Shown here piece after piece: positions 51,302-57,597 of a stretch of DNA of 64,000 nucleotides. This DNA comes from a virus. Made by a program: the position numbers and the translations under genes. Numbering within the stretch: the first letter of the stretch is position 1; every line of letters starts with the position of its first letter. The notes beneath the pieces are model-generated. The model had not been told where the DNA came from, did no database searches, and worked only from the letters and a program-made list of their open reading frames with translations. The stretch lies in the IMG/VR virus record IMGVR_UViG_3300043446_001534, positions 3,989-67,988 of that record, one strand, 5' to 3'.

Positions 51302-51876
51302 TGGTAGTAATCAGTAGTGTATACACCAAGACTGGTGATGCTGGAACAACTGCTCTTGGCGACGGTAGTAGGACTTCCAAAAATGATGCCAGACTTGAAG
51401 CATTCGCAACAGTAGACGAGGCTAATTCGTTTATTGGTGTTGCTTTGTCATACGCTATTGAACAAGACGTGCGTGAGGTTCTGCTTTGTATTCAAAACGA
51501 TTTGTTTGATGTCGGAGCAGACCTTTGCACTCCTGTTGTAGATGGCCCTAAAGTCACTCCACTAAGAGTTACAGAGGCTCAGGTGGAGAGACTAGAGGCT
51601 CTAATTGACCACTACAACAAAAACTTGAGTGTGCTTAGAACTTTTGTGCTTCCTAGTGGTACAGAGTTAGCTGCTCATTTGCACGTTGCTAGAACCGTAA
51701 CTCGACGTGCAGAACGCGAGACCTGGAAAGCTATTCATCTATTTGCCGATGGGGTAAACGTCCTAACCGCCAAATATTTGAATCGTTTGTCAGACCTCCT
51801 GTTTGTACTAGCAAGATACGCTAATCGCGAGATTGGCGACAACCTATGGGTTCCGGGAGGACCAAATGAAGAATAA
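51301..51876 (+). CDS. pduO: ATP:cob(I)alamin adenosyltransferase (PduO type)
   Basis: VYTKTGDAGTT.L, VDEANS.IG, QNDLFD.GADL, RTV.RRAER and YLNRLSDLLFVLAR motifs. Confidence 0.92.
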   Translation: MVVISSVYTKTGDAGTTALGDGSRTSKNDARLEAFATVDEANSFIGVALSYAIEQDVREVLLCIQNDLFDVGADLCTPVVDGPKVTPLRVTEAQVERLEALIDHYNKNLSVLRTFVLPSGTELAAHLHVARTVTRRAERETWKAIHLFADGVNVLTAKYLNRLSDLLFVLARYANREIGDNLWVPGGPNEE

Positions 51877-52351
51877 AAATTTGATTGCACTTCTAGCAGT
51901 TGCTAGCTTGGTTGCGGTCTCATGGGTGTGGACTACAACCACTAATCCCAAGGCTGACTGTGTAACCGTCTATGTGGATTACGGAGTGTTAAAAAATCAA
52001 ACTACTGATACTCAGTGCATTGCTGTAGATGGTCCTATTCGCGGTATGGATGCATTAAATGCCGCGGGGCTGGCTATTCTTGGTACAGAAAAGTATGGAC
52101 TAGACATTGTATGCAGAGTTAACTCTTTGCCAAGCGGTGCATCAGCTATTGGTATCAAGGGACATGAAAACTACATTGAGACATGTAAAGATATGCCAGC
52201 TGAGTTTGCTTACTGGGCAATTCTTGTTCGTGATGGTTCTAATCCATGGGGTTGGTCTCAGACTGGGCTATCTGAAATTAAGCTAGATGCGGGTGACTCG
52301 ATTGGTCTGGTATTTTCAGATAACGAAAACGTGGAGTTCCCGAATGACTAA
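51866..52351 (+). CDS. Membrane-anchored DUF4430/SCO2322-like (transcobalamin-fold-like) protein
   Basis: N-terminal signal/TM, then CVTVYVDYG, DAL..AG, KYG...VCRVN.LP, C..MP...AYW and W.WSQ.G; RBS GGAGG before ATG 51866. Confidence 0.55.
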   Translation: MKNKNLIALLAVASLVAVSWVWTTTTNPKADCVTVYVDYGVLKNQTTDTQCIAVDGPIRGMDALNAAGLAILGTEKYGLDIVCRVNSLPSGASAIGIKGHENYIETCKDMPAEFAYWAILVRDGSNPWGWSQTGLSEIKLDAGDSIGLVFSDNENVEFPND

Positions 52352-52559
52352 GTTACTGACCAAGCCACTTAAAATTCAGGAAAGCTTTGAAGTTAGGGAA
52401 TATGCACTGCTTCAATCTTTAACTCAGCCGCTTAAAAAGAAATCTAAACTTGGTTCCACTATGGACTTAGTTTCTAGAATTTCTTTGTTCTACATTATGT
52501 GGCTGCTGGCTACGGACGCAGCAGTCTACATTTGGCGACTACTAACCTGTCCTTGCTAA
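52344..52559 (+). CDS. Small single-TM protein ending in TCPC
   Basis: Overlaps the upstream gene; hydrophobic stretch ISLFYIMWLLA...YIW. Confidence 0.55.
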   Translation: MTKLLTKPLKIQESFEVREYALLQSLTQPLKKKSKLGSTMDLVSRISLFYIMWLLATDAAVYIWRLLTCPC

Positions 52560-52569
52560 GAAAGAAACT

Positions 52570-52797
52570 ATGAGCGTAATTGTATATAGCAATCCAAACT
52601 GCACTGCATGTGAGCAAACCAAAAGGTTTTTAACCGTCAAGGGTATCGAGTTCGAGGCTAAAATGATTTCAGACAGTCCTGAAGTCTTTTCTTTAATTGA
52701 AGAGAAAGGGTATACGTCAGCTCCTGTAGTAGTTGCTGGAGATGATAGTTGGTCTGGATTTCGTTTAGATAAGCTTAATACTTTAGTAGAGGAGTAG
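52570..52797 (+). CDS. nrdH: NrdH-like glutaredoxin
   Basis: VYSNPNCTAC..TK, APVV and WSGFR.DK motifs. Confidence 0.88.
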   Translation: MSVIVYSNPNCTACEQTKRFLTVKGIEFEAKMISDSPEVFSLIEEKGYTSAPVVVAGDDSWSGFRLDKLNTLVEE

Positions 52798-52800
52798 TGG

Positions 52801-52995
52801 ATGCCGACGTACTCATACAAGTGTTCATTAAACTCGGAACACACCTATCAAGAAACAAGGCCGATGTCGGCACCTGAACCAGAGAAGCTGATTTGCACTG
52901 AAGAGGGGTGTGAGGGTACAATGGTAAAAACGTTTGGTGCTCCTGCAATCAACTTCAAAGGTGGAGGCTGGAGTACTAAAGAATCGTGGCGTTAA
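52801..52995 (+). CDS. FmdB-family zinc ribbon protein
   Basis: MPTYSYKC...C...C...FKGGGW. Confidence 0.75.
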   Translation: MPTYSYKCSLNSEHTYQETRPMSAPEPEKLICTEEGCEGTMVKTFGAPAINFKGGGWSTKESWR

Positions 52996-53009
52996 GATAA
53001 AGGAATAGC

Positions 53010-53321
53010 ATGACCGACTTTCTACCTAAGGATTATCCGGACTTTAAAGAATTTGGTACTCCACCTTGTGCAGAAAGTTATCCAGACGCATTTTTTACAG
53101 ACGAACCGCTAGAAGGTAGTCGCGTTTACAATCGAAAATATTCGTACGAGCAAGAGGCTAAGGCAATTTGTAAAGCCTGTCCGTACATGGCTAGATGCCT
53201 AGAATACGCAGTCAAGCACCCGGAACTGGTTGGAATCTGGGGCGGAACTACCGAAGCACAGCGGAAGAGGATGAGAAAAGCTTCAAAAAGTGGCGCTTCT
53301 ACCCTTCCTAGTCAAAGCTAG
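53010..53321 (+). CDS. whiB: WhiB-family transcription factor
   Basis: C...PDAFF, AK.IC..CP....CL.YA and GIWGG motifs. Confidence 0.85.
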   Translation: MTDFLPKDYPDFKEFGTPPCAESYPDAFFTDEPLEGSRVYNRKYSYEQEAKAICKACPYMARCLEYAVKHPELVGIWGGTTEAQRKRMRKASKSGASTLPSQS

Positions 53322-53393
53322 TAAACTGCGGTAGAATGGTAGTAGCTCTTGGGAGAGAGGGTCCTTAACCCTACTAGTCTCTCGGGAGAAAAC

Positions 53394-53675
53394 ATGAACA
53401 TCGCAAAAATGATTCTCAAGCGTACAATTGCTCTTGTAATCCTAAAGGTTAGTGCCGTTTTGGCCGCTGGTTCTATTGGTGGCGTTGAGCTATGGCAGTC
53501 AGCCCTAATCGCGGCTTTCGTTGGAATTATGGAAGTTGCAGAATCGCTGGCTCGTGCCTATGTTGTAGACGGAGTTCTAGACGAAGAAGAAATCAATGTT
53601 GCATTTGCTTCTTCGGCTGAAGCTGCCCTGGCTGACTCAAAGAAGAACAAGGCGTCTGACGACTCTGGTCTTTAA
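53394..53675 (+). CDS. Holin-like two-TM protein (paralogue of 62888-63196)
   Basis: Two TM helices, then VAESLARAYVVDGVL..EEINVAF. Confidence 0.5.
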   Translation: MNIAKMILKRTIALVILKVSAVLAAGSIGGVELWQSALIAAFVGIMEVAESLARAYVVDGVLDEEEINVAFASSAEAALADSKKNKASDDSGL

Positions 53676-53684
53676 TAACTAAAT

Positions 53685-53723
53685 AACAAATCCCTCCGAG
53701 TTTCGGGGGGATTTGTTGCTTTT
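53685..53723 (+). terminator. Intrinsic terminator
   Basis: AACAAATCCCTCCGA-GTT-TCGGGGGGATTTGTT followed by GCTTTT. Confidence 0.75.
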
Positions 53724-53749
53724 GAGGCAACTATCTGCTAATGTGTATG

Positions 53750-53862
53750 TGTCGCAACCGCGGCAAACATCTAAGTATAAACAACTTAACATCGTTCACA
53801 ATTGCTGCTTAGGTGTACGACCAAATTAGTTCCCCCGTCATGTTAGCGCCTGGCGGGGGAAC
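53750..53862 (+). ncRNA. Putative small RNA
   Basis: Extended -10 TGC-TAATGT upstream, an 11-bp stem with a large loop, and a terminal GC hairpin. Confidence 0.4.
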
Positions 53863-53878
53863 ATTAAAAGGATTAGTC

Positions 53879-54139
53879 ATGGATTTTGAAGAATGGCTTA
53901 AATATGGTTTTGACCAGGGATGGTGTGGTCCAGCAGTTTGTGAGACTCACGATGGGATTCCACTAACTGAAGCTGAAGCAGAGGAATTTGAAGAAAGTGA
54001 CCCCTGCATTCATATCATCAGGCTTTATGATGACGCTGACCACAAGAAAGCTGTAGAGGATGCTCACTCTGCTTCCGTATGGCGTGCTACTAATAGGGGT
54101 TATACTATTGATAGTACGTCTGAAGCAGAGGAGGCTTAA
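53879..54139 (+). CDS. Hypothetical protein
   Basis: RBS AAGGA; motifs W...G...GW...VC.THDG and DPCIH..RL. Confidence 0.65.
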   Translation: MDFEEWLKYGFDQGWCGPAVCETHDGIPLTEAEAEEFEESDPCIHIIRLYDDADHKKAVEDAHSASVWRATNRGYTIDSTSEAEEA

Positions 54140-54141
54140 AT

Positions 54142-54273
54142 ATGGCAAAAGGTAAAGGCGGCGGTGCAAAGCCAGCTAAGGGCAGCAACGACAGCCGTCC
54201 TAATGGCAAAGCCAACAAAAAGCGTCCTAAGGTATTTGACGCAGTCAAGCGTAAGCTTGTCACCAAAAACTAA
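54142..54273 (+). CDS. 43-aa highly basic peptide (not in the ORF track)
   Basis: RBS GGAGG; MAKGKGGGAKPAKGSNDSRPNGKANKKRPKVFDAVKRKLVTKN. Confidence 0.65.
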   Translation: MAKGKGGGAKPAKGSNDSRPNGKANKKRPKVFDAVKRKLVTKN

Positions 54274-54282
54274 ATAGTGTGA

Positions 54283-54600
54283 GGGGATGACTGGTTTCGA
54301 CAGTTGTCTTAATGTTAGTGAAGCAAGCCGAGACGGCCACGCACTCGTAAGTGTGGCAAAACAATAAATGCTGAATCACGTTCCGCATTCGCTCTAGCAG
54401 CCTGATAGTTGCATAGAGCCCCCAGAAAAGCAGTAGTTCTAGCTGGGCATCTGGGTCTTAAATAAATAGAACAAACCAAAAGGTTGCAGCAGGAGACCTC
54501 TAAATATCCCGCCTTCGCAGTACCGTGGCTGGTAGAGCCTAAGCTTGTAGAAGAATAACTGAACGTCAATTGGACCGGGGTTCGATTCCCCGCATCTCCA
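54283..54600 (+). ncRNA. ssrA: tmRNA, tag AESRSAFALAA (54370-54405)
   Basis: 5' GGGGATG...GGTTTCGAC; 3' T-arm GGTTCGATTCC; acceptor CATCTCC-A with G3-U70; resume context ATAAAT-GCT. Confidence 0.95.
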
Positions 54601-54601
54601 C

Positions 54602-54850
54602 TAAAGGTCGGCTACCCCGAGCTAGCTATAGGGATGCTCCAGGCTGGTGTATTCCAGTGGCCTTTAAGTTTGAGCGTGACTGCTCAAGCGTGGACTACCG
54701 ACGTTAAGAGGGTAGTGTAGGTGGTCGCCCTGAAGGAGCGAATCGGCATACCAAAGCCGTAAGTAGTCATAAAGGGCTCGCAATGGTGCTCGTTCCTCCG
54801 AGGTAGTTCGGCAGAGAGGCGGTGGTGGCAACCTAGTCAGTTGTGCATCA
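54602..54850 (+). ncRNA. Unidentified structured RNA(s) between the tmRNA and a tRNA
   Basis: No ORF; dense helices and pseudoknot potential (see findings). Confidence 0.5.
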
Positions 54851-54855
54851 CACTA

Positions 54856-54928
54856 GGCCCCTTAGCTCAGTTGGCAAGAGCGGTGCAATTAGGTCGCACA
54901 GGTCGCAGGTTCGATTCCTGCAGGGTCA
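54856..54928 (+). tRNA. Non-canonical tRNA with anticodon TAG (Leu by code) on a short-variable-loop body; possibly a pseudogene or decoy
   Basis: Canonical D and T arms; loop ATTAGGT; A31-C39 mismatch; acceptor 3' strand 1 nt short. Confidence 0.6.
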
Positions 54929-54931
54929 CAA

Positions 54932-55051
54932 AAGGCTCTTTACTGCTGAGTCCACAAGACCAACCAGCAGAGCGAAAGCTTGAGACGACCCGTAAGGGTG
55001 GGAACCTCTGGAACCAAGGTCCAAACTTGGGAAAGGTCAGTACTAGGTCTT
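54932..55051 (+). ncRNA. Unidentified multibranched RNA between two tRNAs
   Basis: Closing stems AAGGCT/GGTCTT and TACTG/CAGTA; two GNRA hairpins. Confidence 0.5.
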
Positions 55052-55055
55052 CCAA

Positions 55056-55127
55056 TGACCATTAGCTCAATGGCAGAGCAGAGAGCTGTTAACTCTAAGG
55101 TTCCTGGTTCGAGTCCAGGATGGTCAG
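55056..55127 (+). tRNA. tRNA-Asn(GTT)
   Basis: Full cloverleaf; loop CTGTTAA; G73. Confidence 0.92.
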
Positions 55128-55135
55128 CAAATAAA

Positions 55136-55164
55136 CTTGACATCTTGAAACATGTGTGCTAGCT
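55136..55164 (+). promoter_or_regulatory. Strong sigma70-type promoter
   Basis: TTGACA-N17 (ending TGC)-TAGCTT. Confidence 0.65.
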
Positions 55165-55199
55165 TTTCCTTACAGGTTAAAAACCTAGGAAGGAATGAC

Positions 55200-55427
55200 A
55201 TGGCGACACACGCTAAGGAGCTAAAAGAGCTCATAAAACAGGCCCAGAAGCAAGGTTGGATAATTACCCCAAATAACAAGAATCACTACAAGTGGACTTC
55301 CCCTAGCGGAGCATTTTTCTTCTCTGCAGGAACACCCTCTGACTGGAGGGCTCTGAAGTACATTGTGCAGTATCTTAGGAAGTATGGGTTTGAGGACCAG
55401 TCTAAGAAATCGAAGGGTAATAAATAA
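55200..55427 (+). CDS. HicA-like protein
   Basis: L......GW......NH.KW..P.G......TPSDWRA......LR..G; RBS AGGAAGGA. Confidence 0.6.
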   Translation: MATHAKELKELIKQAQKQGWIITPNNKNHYKWTSPSGAFFFSAGTPSDWRALKYIVQYLRKYGFEDQSKKSKGNK

Positions 55428-55612
55428 TGGGTATTGATGCATATGACTATGGAATGAAAGACGGTATAGCAATAGAGCGTCAGCGCATTCTAGACTGGAT
55501 AAACTCTAATCGAACTGCCATGGAGTTGGGAGAGGGTGTAGTAATCTACCGTGACCATTTTAGCTCCGATAGTCTAATCCAGTTCATCGAGAGTGGGGAG
55601 AAAGCAGAATGA
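55427..55612 (+). CDS. Hypothetical protein
   Basis: Coupled ORF (TAATG). Confidence 0.6.
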   Translation: MGIDAYDYGMKDGIAIERQRILDWINSNRTAMELGEGVVIYRDHFSSDSLIQFIESGEKAE

Positions 55613-55782
55613 CGCTTCCTACAAAAATTGCCTTGTGGCTATTCGCTATCGCCTTAATCTGGATTGGGGCCGCTAGTGGTCAGGTCGGAACTAAACCTGA
55701 ACCTACTCCAACCAACTGCTGGGACCAATACCAGACAGAATATGAAGCAATCTTGAACTGCGAAAAACACGATGACAACTGA
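55609..55782 (+). CDS. 57-aa secreted/membrane peptide (not in the ORF track)
   Basis: ATGA overlap; MTLPTKIALWLFAIALIWIG...NCWDQY..E.EAILNCEKH. Confidence 0.55.
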   Translation: MTLPTKIALWLFAIALIWIGAASGQVGTKPEPTPTNCWDQYQTEYEAILNCEKHDDN

Positions 55783-55927
55783 GGAAATAGTGCTAAGAGT
55801 TGGCTTGACTTATTTAGCAATCTTTGTTATAGTCAACCTAGGCGGATACATCTACCTGAAACTATTTGTAGCGAAGAAAGACAAACAACATGGACCTAAA
55901 CAACCAAGCACCCTATATCGAGATTGA
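55772..55927 (+). CDS. 51-aa single-TM peptide (not in the ORF track)
   Basis: MTTEEIVLRVGLTYLAIFVIVNLGGYIYLKLF... Confidence 0.45.
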   Translation: MTTEEIVLRVGLTYLAIFVIVNLGGYIYLKLFVAKKDKQHGPKQPSTLYRD

Positions 55928-56165
55928 TACCCCTGCATTCCGTGCAGTAGCTAAAAGCTTTCTAAGTCTCCCCTATCCTGTAGTCTTAGCTGCTATGACT
56001 TCAATGCAAAGTACTGATGCTGTTCAGCAGGTGTCTGGAGTTGTAAAGGCACTTGAGATTGCCCTAGAACCTAAAGACTTTGTTCGCTTACAAACCTTAA
56101 CCGTAGACCAGTTAATAGCAGTGATTCAGGACTGGGTAGAGCCAATTAGCGGTATTGGAGTCTAA
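55890..56165 (+). CDS. Hypothetical protein
   Basis: ORF in the operon. Confidence 0.55.
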   Translation: MDLNNQAPYIEIDTPAFRAVAKSFLSLPYPVVLAAMTSMQSTDAVQQVSGVVKALEIALEPKDFVRLQTLTVDQLIAVIQDWVEPISGIGV

Positions 56166-56235
56166 CGTTGTATAAACTTAGGTTTAAAGTTATACGGGAG
56201 ATTGTCCGTTCTGTTGTGTACGAAGTTGATACCTT

Positions 56236-56577
56236 ATGAAACCAGAGCAACGCCCATGGGGTTCCTACGAGATTATGTCAGACTTTAACCCGCCTTGCTG
56301 TGTGAAGATTATTACCATCAATCCGCACTCACGACTATCGCTACAAAGACACCGCTATCGCTCTGAGCGTTGGAGGGCTTTGGACAAGGGTCTTATCGCA
56401 GTGGTAGGTGGCGAAGAAATCAAGATGCGTCTAGACAAAGACGTTTTCGTCGACGCCCTTACTGAACACCGAATAGTCAATCCAACCGATGAACCGCTGA
56501 GAGTTCTAGAGTTGATGTTTGGTCTCTATGACGAGGATGACATTACCAGAATCGAGGATGATTATGAACGAGTCTAA
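56236..56577 (+). CDS. Mannose-6-phosphate isomerase type II C-terminal cupin
   Basis: RPWG.Y, RLSLQRH..RSE.W, HRI.N and EDDI.R.EDDY.R motifs. Confidence 0.8.
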   Translation: MKPEQRPWGSYEIMSDFNPPCCVKIITINPHSRLSLQRHRYRSERWRALDKGLIAVVGGEEIKMRLDKDVFVDALTEHRIVNPTDEPLRVLELMFGLYDEDDITRIEDDYERV

Positions 56578-56725
56578 CGAAGACTACAAGCGTATAGTTC
56601 GGGCTTTGCGTGAGGAAAGAATGCGACAACAGAAAAGGCTTTACCAGCAAGCTAAGAAAGCTAGAAAATCTAATATCGTCGACGCCAGTAAGGATAGACC
56701 AAAAGAAGGAGAAACCAATGGCTGA
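56564..56725 (+). CDS. Small basic protein
   Basis: GAGGA RBS; MNESNEDYKRIVRALREERMRQQ. Confidence 0.5.
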   Translation: MNESNEDYKRIVRALREERMRQQKRLYQQAKKARKSNIVDASKDRPKEGETNG

Positions 56726-56888
56726 TGGATGGACATGTACAATCTGTAACACCAGACTGAGTACCAATAGCAGTAGTGCCCATAGCGTGGCTTTTGACCT
56801 AGAGATTATCTCTCATGCTAGGGGTCACGAATGCACTTGTACTGGTGATGGTGAAAAGTGCGAGAGATGTAGGTTAATGATTCAATGA
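56718..56888 (+). CDS. Small Cys/His-rich protein
   Basis: RBS AAGGAG; CTIC..H..H.CTC..C..C. Confidence 0.55.
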   Translation: MADGWTCTICNTRLSTNSSSAHSVAFDLEIISHARGHECTCTGDGEKCERCRLMIQ

Positions 56889-57124
56889 GAGACTATGAAC
56901 TAGAATGTGTTCATGGAATTGGTCATTCAGCCGGATTGCATGGCTGTGATGGCTGCTGTCTGCCACTAACCAAGGCTGCCAGCGACACTGAAATCAGAAT
57001 GCAGGCTGCTATGGCCGCCGCAGTTATTGTTGGAGCAAAGGGGTTCCCTTTGAGTATGACTCCAGAGATAGCCGAGAAGTTTGTTAGATATATCAAGGAA
57101 GGTCCAGAATGCGAGAGTTTTTAA
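56885..57124 (+). CDS. Hypothetical protein with a C.HG.GH...HGCDGCC motif
   Basis: ATGA overlap; metal-binding-like N-terminus. Confidence 0.6.
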   Translation: MRDYELECVHGIGHSAGLHGCDGCCLPLTKAASDTEIRMQAAMAAAVIVGAKGFPLSMTPEIAEKFVRYIKEGPECESF

Positions 57125-57273
57125 ATCCAGACCCCGAGGGTAAAACCGTCGACGCCAGTATTGATGAAATCGACGAGCGACTAGAGTTGCTCGGGATTGA
57201 GTTAAACGTTATCCGTGAGCACGCCGACGCCCTTAAGGATAGATTAGACAAGCTACAGCAGGATTTGTTGTAG
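57109..57273 (+). CDS. 54-aa coiled-coil protein (not in the ORF track)
   Basis: RBS AAGGAAGG; MREFLNPDPEGKTVDASIDEIDERLE... Confidence 0.55.
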   Translation: MREFLNPDPEGKTVDASIDEIDERLELLGIELNVIREHADALKDRLDKLQQDLL

Positions 57274-57284
57274 ACTGTAAATCT

Positions 57285-57357
57285 GCCCCTATAGCTCATC
57301 TGGTAGAGCGACGCACTTGTAATGCGTAGGTGACGGGTTCAAGTCCTGTTGGGGGCT
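57285..57357 (+). tRNA. tRNA-Thr(TGT)
   Basis: Full cloverleaf GCCCCTA.../TGGGGGC; loop CTTGTAA. Confidence 0.92.
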
Positions 57358-57375
57358 CCCATACAAATAAGGAGA

Positions 57376-57597
57376 ATGATGGAAGACCTAACAACAATGG
57401 TGGGTAAGCGAGTAGAAATCTGGTGGAATGCATCAGTACACAAGAACGCTGAAAGCGAGGAACTACTGGTTCCTGTGTCCCATGGTTATGGTGTAGTTGA
57501 GGCTGAGAATGACTTTGGTATCTCTATCCACAACGAGAATGACCAGCACGTGTTCATTCCGTGGACCTCAATTGCGAGCTTGTCTGTAGACAGATAG
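57376..57597 (+). CDS. Small Sm/SH3-like hypothetical protein
   Basis: RBS AAGGAG; VFIPWTSI. Confidence 0.55.
   Translation: MMEDLTTMVGKRVEIWWNASVHKNAESEELLVPVSHGYGVVEAENDFGISIHNENDQHVFIPWTSIASLSVDR

Noticed and set aside
54692-54850. HDV/theta-like ribozyme fold (P1 GGACTAC/GTAGTTC, P2 TGGTG/CATCA, P3 CTC/GAG, then GG)
   Set aside because: L3 lacks the U-G pair and there is no catalytic C-x-A-A junction. Kept only as an unidentified RNA.
54943-54964. Hammerhead ribozyme
   Set aside because: The core reads CTGCTGA and CAAC instead of CTGANGA and GAAA, so it is not called active.
54315-55162. ORFs called over the RNA island, and the many antisense ORFs inside long genes elsewhere
   Set aside because: They overlap tmRNA/tRNAs or are shadows of biased codon usage, with no RBS or recognisable motifs.
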